Below, piece after piece: positions 38,249 through 47,972 of a stretch of 64,000 nucleotides of DNA. Within the stretch, counting starts at the first letter, position 1. Every line of letters starts with the position of its first letter. Location of the stretch: positions 62,001 to 126,000 of the IMG/VR virus record IMGVR_UViG_3300029922_000001. One strand, 5' to 3'. Under the pieces are notes generated by a model, which was given only the letters and a program-made list of their open reading frames with translations, was not told the origin of the DNA and ran no database searches. The translations under genes and the position numbers were made by a program.

Positions 38249-41200
38249 TATTGACTCCTAATTATTAGCAAATCACCAGGTGGGGCACCGTAATTTGCAT
38301 CACTAATATCATTCATTGTCTTACCTACACCTATATATACAATACTATCGGCATAACCTAATGAAATTGGTGTAGCATGACCAACTGAATACGAAGTATT
38401 TGGATCAATAAATCCATAATCATTTGCTGACAATAATGTTTGTTGTGCAGTTGGTACATTACCAGAATTGGTTACAACATAAGAACTAATAAGAATCTTA
38501 TCCGCGCTTAAACTAGCTGATGTATTACCACCGTCTATTTCAAAAGTATATAATTCTTGAACAGGCACAATATTGAATACCAAAGTGTATGGTTGAGTAA
38601 GTGTGTTGCTGTTACTGATTGGAGTGTCGCCACCACCAGCATTAGGTGTTAAGCTAATCTTTGTAAAACCTAATGAACTAACAGTATCGGCATTAATAAC
38701 CACACCGTTAATCTTTAAGACAAAATTCTTAGGAACACTAATAGACCACTGATATGTATTTGAAGTGTTAAGTGCTAAATAGTGCTTCAAAACATAAGTG
38801 TAAGCAGTACCATTAGTGGTGACAATGCTAGGCAACGCAAATCCACTATTGTAATATTTCTCTTGATTTGTTCTAAGTTGGGTTTGCGCATTAACCGTCC
38901 AAGTTTCTTCCCAACCATGACTAAACCACTTAACTTCGATAGGTGTATCAGTAGTTATTGCTTCAGTTGGCGCTCTACTAAGGAAGTAATCAACCTGTAA
39001 TGGATAGAATACACCATTAGTCAATAGAATAGCAGAGGAATTATTTGTTTCAATAACTGCATTTGTTGGTTGCCAATTATTAATGATATAACTATCATTA
39101 AATGTAACTCTAACACCGTCTCTACATACCACCTGAATATAGTAATAAGTTTGTTCTGATAATAATGGAGCAAAAGACCCAACAAATCTAGCTCTATAAT
39201 AATCAATATTTGGGCTGATAGGAACGGTGTTATATTGATAATAGGCTTGAGAAACACCAGTATTTAAGCTATTGGAATTAATAAATTTAATTACTGAGTT
39301 ATTTAAATCAAATCCACCTGTGAAATTGCCGTCCATGTTTTGTACGCTATCAACAGTAGATGCCACCCAGAAGCATTGCCAAGCTGGGTAACGACTTAAT
39401 GAACCATAAACATTTTGTATTTCACCATCTAATTTTTTACGTACAACAAAATAAATATTAGAATTTGGATCTACCCATTGATATTCGGTTCCATCATAAA
39501 CGGCTCTTGGGTATAATGAAATTTCCTGAGTGTAAGGTAATTCATTAGCTGTCCAACTCCAATAACCATCCACAGTATATACACCAGCTTGTTCTCTTAA
39601 ATTATTAGGTCCTGGCAGTTGAGGGATATCAGAACGATTGAACGCTCCTAATGCTAATGGTGTTTGATATCTAAATAACAATTGAGTTAAATTAGTATCT
39701 GGCAACCATGCACCATCAATAGATTGAGCAATATGACCTATTTTACTAATAGTTGTGTTACGTAAACCAATTAGAATATTTCCACCAATCACTTCTACGG
39801 AATTCATAGATACAGTATTGTATTTCTTGAGAACAATCCAATACAGAACATTGTGTGTAGGAGCAAAAATGTTGTTATTAGGGAATGTAAATTCTAATAA
39901 AGTTTGAGTACTAGATAAACTGTTAATGGGAACAGGTGAACTAATAGCATAATTCGAACCTGATACTAACATGATACTATCACTTGGTTGAGTTCCGCTG
40001 GCAGCATGAATTTCGGCAACAATTACATCGTTATCTGAGTTTAACAACGTAGTAAAATCACATTGAATTTGTAGGGATATAGAAGCAATTGAATTACTAC
40101 CAGATGTATATTTGATGGGTATTGCAAAACTCTCTCCAACCCACGCTGTAAATAAATCAATAGTGTTTACATAAGTGTAATCTAGGTTAGATACTGTAAA
40201 ATTACTATTATTATAAACAGTTAATAATGGTACACCTGTTCCAATTAACCAAGTACCTCCATTGAAAAATCTATTAGACCAATCTATATCATTTAATGGA
40301 GTACCTGTTGTTATAGGATTTGATGGTATTTGAGTTGGAGCAGAAGTGCTATTATCCACTGAGTTGGAGTCACTAATAAGTCTACCACCAACAATGCTAC
40401 CACCAAAGCGTACAACAGACCAATATGATGCATTTGCATCTAGATTTAACACAGCACCAAATGTAAATTGTATTTTAGGTATTGGTAGAGTGTAATTAAA
40501 TACTGGAATAGCACTATATGGAATTAGATCACTACTACTTAATAAAGTTGAACCTGGTATACCATTATTGTCTAAGTAAACCTCTAAAATTAAACCTTGA
40601 GTAGCTACATTACCCACGGCAGCTACAGCATCATTAAGTTCAATTGCCAATGGAAGACCAATACTAGTAATAGTGCTTACTTCAGATGTATTAAAAGCAA
40701 AAGCAGTATCATATTCAATGATTTTAGCTATACCAGAGCGTGGATTTTGTATTAGATCACTATCGCTAATTGCTGCTGCGGGATCTTGATACGTATAACG
40801 TGTTTCAAGAATACCTGGACTCAATCCAGATGGTGCAATAGTAAATGAGTCTGCTCTAACCTGTGTATAATCATTAACCTGATTTTCGTTACCAACAGTA
40901 ACTCCACTATCATTACCATATGAACTTTCAATATTATTACTCCAATATGGAATGCTACTTATGGTGTATTGTGTTATATTCATAGCCACTGACTGAACAC
41001 CAATAAAGCTCTGTTCGTGTTCCCTAGTGTCAATAACATAAAACACATTACCCTCATCTAAATACTGTTGAATCATATCCGCAATTTGACTAGCGGTATA
41101 ACCTTGATCCTGTAACTGAGTGGTATATTCTTCTTCAGTAGGGGGTCTATTTAAAGTACCTGGAGGGTTAACCTCTCTCATATACAAAGGTCGAGATTCT

Positions 41201-43509
41201 CCCATGAATAAATCTGGCACAACTCCTGCATATCCATATGCAGACCATTCATTAATAGTATTCAACGTCGAAGACGTATAATAACCGGCTACAGATTGAC
41301 CCAAAGATAACCTTCTATTATAAGCATCTTGATTCAGATAATATAATGATGAATCAATATACCAATCTTTAATTATGACACTAGTATCATATGCCTGAAG
41401 ATATAAACGCAAAGTATAGTCTAAAGTAACGCCAGTGCCACCAGGGTAAATTCCTTGATAATTACATTGATCTGATGATTGTAAGAAAATTTCTAAAGGT
41501 GCATTAACAGGTAACCATTGATTAGTTAAATAAAGATTATTTGAATCAAATCTTACTAACTCTGTAGATGGTGCAACTCCACAAAAATCAGCAATAGATA
41601 TTCTTTCATCACTGTTGAATTGTATAGCTAATGGTTCATTAGGCAATCTGGCAATAACCGAATTATCAACAGGTGCTTTAAGGTAATTTCTAAATAGAAT
41701 CGAACCAATTGAATTGGGGTCAACAAAACTAGATGTAGTATCTGCTAAAACTGGATTAACATCAGCAAAACCTACTGTGATCAAAAATTGAGCATAATTA
41801 TTAAGCCATTCATATAATCCAGACCTTAAACTAACAACAAAAGAATATAAGGCTGGCAAAGTATATTGAACTAAATCTAAACTTCCAAGTGGTTCTTCAG
41901 CTATGTCATAAGGCACTTGTTTTGACCATACAACGTCGATATCTTGTAAGGTGGGACTAAACGTACCATTCCAACTAGAAAGGTTATTATTCGTGAATAA
42001 ATTTCTGCCAACTACATTAGATAATACGTTGTTGCGATATTGATCGTTAGAACCTTTGACAATGAATTTAGCTAAAGCAATGTAGTTATTAGGGATTTCT
42101 GGGAAGTATTTGAATTTTTCCCAATCAGCTTGTGTAAATTTAGCTTCAACTGGAGGACCCAATAAGAATTCATATTGCATATATTGAGACGCACCCTGTG
42201 TAATGGCTACTAAGACAACACCCATATATTGATCTTTAGTTAAAGATGCAATACCATTCAAGCTATTTGGTATAGAATTACTTGGTATTAAGTTGTATGT
42301 TTGATTGATGATATATTGACTAGGTGGATCAATAAAAACAGCCGAACCATCTTCCATAACTGCATTAGAGTAGTTGTTAGCAATAAGATAAGTTATTCCA
42401 TTATATGGACTAGTTGTAGACCAAGTAAATAGAGAATTATTTTTATTATAAAAGAAGCTTTTTCGTGGTCCAATAATGACATCACTACTATTAAGAATAG
42501 TAGCGGCAGGTTGAGTTGGTGTACTACCAGCTTTAGTATAGCTTTGGGTATCAGCATCCCCGAAATACATGATAAATAATTTTTCTATTCCATTAGACCA
42601 TGATGAATCAGTTATGTGTGTGGATGTTAATGAAAAAGTTAATGTATACAAGTTCTTAGTTGTATCAAAATAAATTCTAAAGTTATTAATTTGAATTGGT
42701 ATCGTACCTGCGTTGGGTTGACTGACATACTGATTGGTGCTTTTATTAAAATATAAATTACCAAAAGTAGTTAATGTAAAGTCAACAGGCATTTGTGATA
42801 TCGTGTATGACCCAGCCCCTATCAAATCTGAATTAATCACATTACGAAATGTTCTACAGCCTTGGAAATAGCTAGAATCTAAATCAAGTTGGTAACTTCC
42901 ACTAGTATAAGCTGAACCTGTAGAGTTATTAATAGCGATAATTCTTGCCGTTTCCCAAAGATGAACCCTAGCAAAGCTTGAACCAGTCCAAGCTACTGGG
43001 TAACTATATCCCAATCTATTAACACTACCCGTTTCACCCGTAGATGCAGTATTGTTTTTATTTAAATACGCATTATTAGTATTAGCAATAGGCGTTTGAG
43101 CTAAATTGTAATAAAACCAAGAATTATAATCCCAAACTTCCCATCCTTCAGTACAACAAGGACCATCTAACAACCACGTTCTTGGTGTTGTGGCGGGAAG
43201 TTGAGGAAAGCCAATTGGTGACGTGAAGCCAGCAGATGAATCTGCAAAGCGACTATCAAAACAATCTAAATAACCTTGAGTTGCAAATAATGGTGTATCT
43301 GACACACCAAAAGTTAAGTTATCTTTTAATGAAATATTATTGTCGTGATAGAAAGTTGAAATTCTTAATTTTGCTAACAATGCTTCCAATGATAGTTGAA
43401 CACCAGGATTTTTATCTAAATCCCCCAATGCACCATTTAGTGCTAAATTTATTTTAGAAATACTATCAAATAAATTCTTATATGTGGTTCTGGTAATTTG
43501 TGTTGACAT
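38248..43509 (-). CDS. Large virion structural protein with C-terminal PA14-like domain(s)
   Basis: 1753 aa beta-rich; YYRARFVGSFAPLL..YYIQVVCRDGVRVTFND..INNW..LTNGVFYPLQVDYF matches PA14. Confidence 0.7.
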   Translation of the reverse strand: MSTQITRTTYKNLFDSISKINLALNGALGDLDKNPGVQLSLEALLAKLRISTFYHDNNISLKDNLTFGVSDTPLFATQGYLDCFDSRFADSSAGFTSPIGFPQLPATTPRTWLLDGPCCTEGWEVWDYNSWFYYNLAQTPIANTNNAYLNKNNTASTGETGSVNRLGYSYPVAWTGSSFARVHLWETARIIAINNSTGSAYTSGSYQLDLDSSYFQGCRTFRNVINSDLIGAGSYTISQMPVDFTLTTFGNLYFNKSTNQYVSQPNAGTIPIQINNFRIYFDTTKNLYTLTFSLTSTHITDSSWSNGIEKLFIMYFGDADTQSYTKAGSTPTQPAATILNSSDVIIGPRKSFFYNKNNSLFTWSTTSPYNGITYLIANNYSNAVMEDGSAVFIDPPSQYIINQTYNLIPSNSIPNSLNGIASLTKDQYMGVVLVAITQGASQYMQYEFLLGPPVEAKFTQADWEKFKYFPEIPNNYIALAKFIVKGSNDQYRNNVLSNVVGRNLFTNNNLSSWNGTFSPTLQDIDVVWSKQVPYDIAEEPLGSLDLVQYTLPALYSFVVSLRSGLYEWLNNYAQFLITVGFADVNPVLADTTSSFVDPNSIGSILFRNYLKAPVDNSVIARLPNEPLAIQFNSDERISIADFCGVAPSTELVRFDSNNLYLTNQWLPVNAPLEIFLQSSDQCNYQGIYPGGTGVTLDYTLRLYLQAYDTSVIIKDWYIDSSLYYLNQDAYNRRLSLGQSVAGYYTSSTLNTINEWSAYGYAGVVPDLFMGESRPLYMREVNPPGTLNRPPTEEEYTTQLQDQGYTASQIADMIQQYLDEGNVFYVIDTREHEQSFIGVQSVAMNITQYTISSIPYWSNNIESSYGNDSGVTVGNENQVNDYTQVRADSFTIAPSGLSPGILETRYTYQDPAAAISDSDLIQNPRSGIAKIIEYDTAFAFNTSEVSTITSIGLPLAIELNDAVAAVGNVATQGLILEVYLDNNGIPGSTLLSSSDLIPYSAIPVFNYTLPIPKIQFTFGAVLNLDANASYWSVVRFGGSIVGGRLISDSNSVDNSTSAPTQIPSNPITTGTPLNDIDWSNRFFNGGTWLIGTGVPLLTVYNNSNFTVSNLDYTYVNTIDLFTAWVGESFAIPIKYTSGSNSIASISLQIQCDFTTLLNSDNDVIVAEIHAASGTQPSDSIMLVSGSNYAISSPVPINSLSSTQTLLEFTFPNNNIFAPTHNVLYWIVLKKYNTVSMNSVEVIGGNILIGLRNTTISKIGHIAQSIDGAWLPDTNLTQLLFRYQTPLALGAFNRSDIPQLPGPNNLREQAGVYTVDGYWSWTANELPYTQEISLYPRAVYDGTEYQWVDPNSNIYFVVRKKLDGEIQNVYGSLSRYPAWQCFWVASTVDSVQNMDGNFTGGFDLNNSVIKFINSNSLNTGVSQAYYQYNTVPISPNIDYYRARFVGSFAPLLSEQTYYYIQVVCRDGVRVTFNDSYIINNWQPTNAVIETNNSSAILLTNGVFYPLQVDYFLSRAPTEAITTDTPIEVKWFSHGWEETWTVNAQTQLRTNQEKYYNSGFALPSIVTTNGTAYTYVLKHYLALNTSNTYQWSISVPKNFVLKINGVVINADTVSSLGFTKISLTPNAGGGDTPISNSNTLTQPYTLVFNIVPVQELYTFEIDGGNTSASLSADKILISSYVVTNSGNVPTAQQTLLSANDYGFIDPNTSYSVGHATPISLGYADSIVYIGVGKTMNDISDANYGAPPGDLLIIRSQ

Positions 43510-44381
43510 TAGTTTGGTGCTGCACTTAAAATTGAAACATTATTTGGTCCAAATTCTATTTCTTTATACAATTCTTTGGCTTGGATTTCAAAAGTTGAAC
43601 CATATAAGAGCGCCTTATTCTCACCTTTGTCTGTTGGCTTAATATCAGAAGCGAATACATCAAACAATAGTCTAATTGGTTTACGTAAAAACAATTGCAT
43701 ATTCACGATATTGTTAAATACTTGCTCTGGGCTGTAATTATCAGGCAAAGTGTTAAGTGCAATTTTTACCATATCATTAGATGGAACGTTATTCCAGCTT
43801 CCGTTAACTTTGTTTGCGCGTTGAATATCTCGCCAAAACAAAGTATACGCATGATATGCTAACACAGCAGAAGGTGTTATTGGGAGTGGTAAATTGCCGT
43901 TTGTAACACTCCAAAGGTCTTGTAACCCTGTAGACGCTTCTGCAATGTATGGTTGTAAAACAGCATTTATGTCAGGTTGATTAAGGAAGTATTCAGGGGA
44001 TAGAATTTGCGCATCTGTAAATGGGCAAAGGCTACAAACCCAAATAAATCTATGCTTTCTCATAACTTCATTTACTAGACGAGTAAATTCCAAAATACTT
44101 CTTTCACTATTTTCTTTATCATTGCTTTGTGCATAACAACTAATAGTAAACTTATATTCTTGTTGGCGAACACGAAAAGCTTTAAATGTTGGTGTAACAT
44201 TTGTTCCAAAAATAGAAATAGCAGGAGTGTCTGTGTTTGGAATAATAGTTCTGTCGCCAAAATACCATCCGACTACAGGCTTATCATAAATAGTAGGTAA
44301 GAACTTACCAGCAGAAACTTCTTTCTTTGGTAAATCATTAAAAATAATGCCTAATATTGTATCATATGCCTGTTCTAACAT
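43509..44381 (-). CDS. Tail terminator / tail completion-like protein
   Basis: WYFGD..TPAISIF..EYKFTISCY..ERSILEFTRLVNEVM pattern; follows the head-tail adaptor. Confidence 0.55.
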   Translation of the reverse strand: MLEQAYDTILGIIFNDLPKKEVSAGKFLPTIYDKPVVGWYFGDRTIIPNTDTPAISIFGTNVTPTFKAFRVRQQEYKFTISCYAQSNDKENSERSILEFTRLVNEVMRKHRFIWVCSLCPFTDAQILSPEYFLNQPDINAVLQPYIAEASTGLQDLWSVTNGNLPLPITPSAVLAYHAYTLFWRDIQRANKVNGSWNNVPSNDMVKIALNTLPDNYSPEQVFNNIVNMQLFLRKPIRLLFDVFASDIKPTDKGENKALLYGSTFEIQAKELYKEIEFGPNNVSILSAAPN

Positions 44382-44869
44382 TAAACTCCCTCAGACTTAT
44401 TATCTTTGTTGACTGGATTAAATGGTGCATTATATAGTGTTCCAGTAACGTATCTAGAACTCTTAGTGGCTCTAATATGATCTAGAACTCTTTCTCCGTT
44501 TTGCACTAATTTCAATTCATTTAAGGCTCTTTTTTCACCTTCTTTTTGTTCTTCTGTCTTTTGATTATCAGAACCTTGTAAGACTTGTTCATAAATGAAT
44601 CTAGCAGTCAATAGACTTGCAATATAAGGAATGGGTTGAGGATAGCCAATAATACCACCACGGTTAGTTTCGCGCAAAGGAACATCATAAATAGTTCCAA
44701 TTGCAGCATCAATTAATCCAGACGCCATTTCAATATAAAATTCAATGGTATCAAGTGGTAGATTATCTGATTGTGGACTACCAAATGTTGGGTTATCATT
44801 ATCGCCCTCGACAAACAAATTAGATGGCAAAAACTTTCTTACACTATTTACATCGCAATATTTAGACAT
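44381..44869 (-). CDS. Head-tail adaptor, DUF1320 / Mu gp36-like
   Basis: MSKYCDVNSVR, YIEMASGLIDAAIGTIYDVPL, PQPIPYIA, ALNELKLVQNG; AGGAG SD before 44869. Confidence 0.75.
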   Translation of the reverse strand: MSKYCDVNSVRKFLPSNLFVEGDNDNPTFGSPQSDNLPLDTIEFYIEMASGLIDAAIGTIYDVPLRETNRGGIIGYPQPIPYIASLLTARFIYEQVLQGSDNQKTEEQKEGEKRALNELKLVQNGERVLDHIRATKSSRYVTGTLYNAPFNPVNKDNKSEGV

Positions 44870-45587
44870 TTTTAACTCCTTTTCCTGGTTGAGAAGTATC
44901 ATCCTTAATAACTGGATTTTGAGTAATCTGATTATTAAGTCTGTTTTGAATTTCCAAATAATTAGGAACATAATCAATGCCCTGATTTTGTGGTAGTAGA
45001 TTCATTGCTTCAACTTCTTCTCGTCTTTTGAGCGTATAAACATTGGTGTGTGTAAGGTCATCAGCACTTTGAGAAGCTGAAGATACGAATTTAGGATAAT
45101 CTAATTCAATATCATTAAATCCACCAATAGCAGCGTTATAAATTTCAACAGCATCAGGTGCTTCAGGAGTATCCTTAATATGGTTATATCTTTGTGCTTG
45201 TCTTTTTGTGATATTGGTAGCTAAAACAAAACCACCCTTAGAGTGGACAAGTTTAATAACTTCACCAACAGGTAAACCTTCTTGGATTTTTTCTTGGATT
45301 TTATAAATATTTACATGTTCACCTTCTAAACATGTATATTGTTCACCAGGCAAAACCCAAATGTCTAAATTGTTTTGAGTGGCAATTTGAACTCCAAGCC
45401 ATCCTATATTTGGACCATTAACATCAACCAATCCTACAATGTCTAGTCCCTGAAAAATAGCAGTTAAAAGGATATTTCTAACTGCTGTGGAGATTGCATT
45501 AGAATCATTAAGATTATTTAGGTTAGTACAATATATACCTAAATCTATCCTTAATTGATTTTTGCGCAGGGCTTTACGATACCACAT
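44862..45587 (-). CDS. Degenerate PHP-domain protein with MWYRKA N-terminus
   Basis: RIDLGIYC, GLDIVGLVD, VLPGEQY..GEH, VHSKGGFVLATN, PDAVEIYN follow the PHP fold but metal-binding His residues are replaced. Confidence 0.6.
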   Translation of the reverse strand: MWYRKALRKNQLRIDLGIYCTNLNNLNDSNAISTAVRNILLTAIFQGLDIVGLVDVNGPNIGWLGVQIATQNNLDIWVLPGEQYTCLEGEHVNIYKIQEKIQEGLPVGEVIKLVHSKGGFVLATNITKRQAQRYNHIKDTPEAPDAVEIYNAAIGGFNDIELDYPKFVSSASQSADDLTHTNVYTLKRREEVEAMNLLPQNQGIDYVPNYLEIQNRLNNQITQNPVIKDDTSQPGKGVKNV

Positions 45588-45597
45588 ATATATATAG

Positions 45598-45623
45598 TAC
45601 AAGAAAGATTGGCTAAATCCCTT
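45598..45623 (-). promoter_or_regulatory. Putative promoter AAGGGATTT-N14-GTA
   Basis: Ends 10 nt before ATG 45587. Confidence 0.6.
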
Positions 45624-45628
45624 GAGGA

Positions 45629-46228
45629 TTAAATAGCCAATCTTGCTTCGCCACATGATGGGCAGAATTTTTCACTACCCTTAAATCCATAACGGCATTG
45701 AGCGCAAAACATTGCCATGTCACTATCTGTTCTACTGGCAACTTTGTAAATAGCGGGTTCCTTATAAGTAGAAGCGTCATATGAAGGATTTACAGCTTGT
45801 CTAATTATTGAGCGTTGAACTCTAGCTTGAATTGATCCATTACTTAAACCATTAGCCAAGTCATCAAAATTGTCGAAACGGTCAACTAGGGATTCTAAAT
45901 CATTAGAAAGTTCAACTGATTCTACAACAACTTCTTTAACAGGAGGACCATCGTATTTTCTAAATTCATTTCCTACTTTTTCAATACCTTTACTTGCCAT
46001 AAATTGACGCATTTGTGGCGTATCTAATGTACGTTCTAAACCTTCTTCGTAGCTAAGATCATATTTTAGCTCTCCAGTTTCTGGATCTATAGAAGGCTTG
46101 ATGTTAAGATCATTCGTAGGTTTAGCATGAATGACTTTATTGCCAAATTTATCTGATTGAACAGTATGAGCAATTTTACTTTGTTTAAAGCTATGACGAG
46201 CGGGTATCCCTGTTTTAATATCTTCCAT
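45629..46228 (-). CDS. Hypothetical protein with C-terminal double-CxxC zinc ribbon
   Basis: FCAQC...FCPSCGE at the C-terminus, preceded by YKVAS. Confidence 0.7.
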   Translation of the reverse strand: MEDIKTGIPARHSFKQSKIAHTVQSDKFGNKVIHAKPTNDLNIKPSIDPETGELKYDLSYEEGLERTLDTPQMRQFMASKGIEKVGNEFRKYDGPPVKEVVVESVELSNDLESLVDRFDNFDDLANGLSNGSIQARVQRSIIRQAVNPSYDASTYKEPAIYKVASRTDSDMAMFCAQCRYGFKGSEKFCPSCGEARLAI

Positions 46229-46279
46229 TTTACACCTATTTTTGTTTTTGAGTGTTGTATTTTATTTATACAATTTTAT

Positions 46280-46690
46280 TTAGTTCTTTCTGGATTCTTC
46301 TTTAACGCCCCATTGCATACTCACTGGTTTAACATCAAGTTTTCCTTCAATGTCTCCAATGTAATTCATCATGTCATTTTTAGTAACATCTGGTGCGGCT
46401 TCAAGAACGATGGTGAGCGTATGATGAACTAATGGAGCGTGTTGAGCTTCACTAGCAAATTGCTTAACAGCTAATGGGTTACCAGCAGGAGCAGCACCAG
46501 GAACTTGTGGTTGACCTGGCTGTTGACCAGCAAGCATAGGGTTAGTTGCGCCTGATTCAATAGAAGGATCAAACATAGCACCTTCTAGTTGTTGTGCAAA
46601 TCTAGTTAATTCATCGGCTAATGCTACCTCTTTTCTATTAACTCTCAAATTTTCTGCGATTCTTATTAGTTGATAACCAATGCTGCTCAT
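46280..46690 (-). CDS. Hypothetical protein with N-terminal helical tag
   Basis: RIAENLRVNRKEVALADELT then RFAQQ; Gln/Pro/Gly/Ala linker. Confidence 0.7.
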   Translation of the reverse strand: MSSIGYQLIRIAENLRVNRKEVALADELTRFAQQLEGAMFDPSIESGATNPMLAGQQPGQPQVPGAAPAGNPLAVKQFASEAQHAPLVHHTLTIVLEAAPDVTKNDMMNYIGDIEGKLDVKPVSMQWGVKEESRKN

Positions 46691-46701
46691 AATTCACCTA
46701 T

Positions 46702-47961
46702 TTATTTTTTCTGTGTGGGTAATTGATTTCCTTTTTCCACAACACTTTGTTGATATTTTTGTACAGCTTCATAAACCTCATTTGCAGAAGCAGAGTCAAT
46801 ATATTCAATCATACTCTTGCCTTGCCTCATAGCTAGAAGGGCAGATTTCCAAGGAGTTGATTCAGCAATGTAATTAAAAGCAGTATCATCTAAATCTTTA
46901 TTAGCTTGGTATATTTCATTTAAATCATTCATTAAACTAATAACACTAATGACGGGTTTGTGAATAGACATGATTTGAGGTTCACCAATACTAGACATGG
47001 CTGTTGTCGAAGATATAGTGATAACTGTTTTGGTAAACGTCGTACCGCCAGTTCCATCAGTGCCAGTGCTAGGAGAGCCAACATCTAACATAAAAAATTC
47101 TGGAGCATAAAGAGATAAAAAGTCGATAGCTTCTTTATTAGAAGCTGTTGATTGTGCTGTTATAGATCGCTGTTGTGCTTTAGGTATTACACTGGTGTCA
47201 TATGACATAGTTCGCATTTTTAATCGCTTAAAATTAGAATCACACAAGACAATTCCCTCATGAATTTCTTCCAATGTATTTAAATAATTAAATGCTTCTT
47301 CAATACTATTAACTATTAGGTATAATGGTTTATCAACACCAATATCAATATCGTCTATTGATATTTCTTCAAGATTAGAGTCCACCACACACAATAATTG
47401 TATATAAGGTTTGTCATATAGAATACCAACTCGTAAATCTTCATCAAAAACTTCAAAACTGTAACTGTAACCAGGTATTAATTTTGATGTAAACTGTTCC
47501 CAAGTTAAATGATAAACATCCAACAAAATGCTTCTAAAAACATCAGCAAATGTACGTGAGTGATTTGAAAAATTAACTGATCCAGCTAAAATATTTGCCG
47601 TGGGATGTATTCTGCAACCAATATGCCAACTATTTTTATAGTAATACACAAACAATAAAGCGCCGTCATACTTAATAGACGCTCTGGCTTGATTCCAATC
47701 AAAATTACGTTGTACGGAAAATGCATTAGGTTCTCCATAATAGAAAAATGCATTTAATGACTTACATACAACATTCCAACTTTCATTCTCTAAGATTAAC
47801 CCGCGACTCTCTTGAACCATTGGTATATGCAACGGACTAAAATTCGTATAATTGAATAAGACCAATGGTAATTCACTGTCCACAGTAACTTCTATGTTAA
47901 AATCCTGCTTTATATCTTGCAGTGTCTTACCATCTAATAAATATTTTTGAAGCTCCAGCAT
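46702..47961 (-). CDS. RNA ligase, T4 Rnl1-like
   Basis: LVLFNY, QESRGLIL, KSLNAFFYYGE, motif I KYDG, SFEV, EGIVL, KRLKMR. Confidence 0.82.
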   Translation of the reverse strand: MLELQKYLLDGKTLQDIKQDFNIEVTVDSELPLVLFNYTNFSPLHIPMVQESRGLILENESWNVVCKSLNAFFYYGEPNAFSVQRNFDWNQARASIKYDGALLFVYYYKNSWHIGCRIHPTANILAGSVNFSNHSRTFADVFRSILLDVYHLTWEQFTSKLIPGYSYSFEVFDEDLRVGILYDKPYIQLLCVVDSNLEEISIDDIDIGVDKPLYLIVNSIEEAFNYLNTLEEIHEGIVLCDSNFKRLKMRTMSYDTSVIPKAQQRSITAQSTASNKEAIDFLSLYAPEFFMLDVGSPSTGTDGTGGTTFTKTVITISSTTAMSSIGEPQIMSIHKPVISVISLMNDLNEIYQANKDLDDTAFNYIAESTPWKSALLAMRQGKSMIEYIDSASANEVYEAVQKYQQSVVEKGNQLPTQKK

Positions 47962-47972
47962 TTATATTTGTA

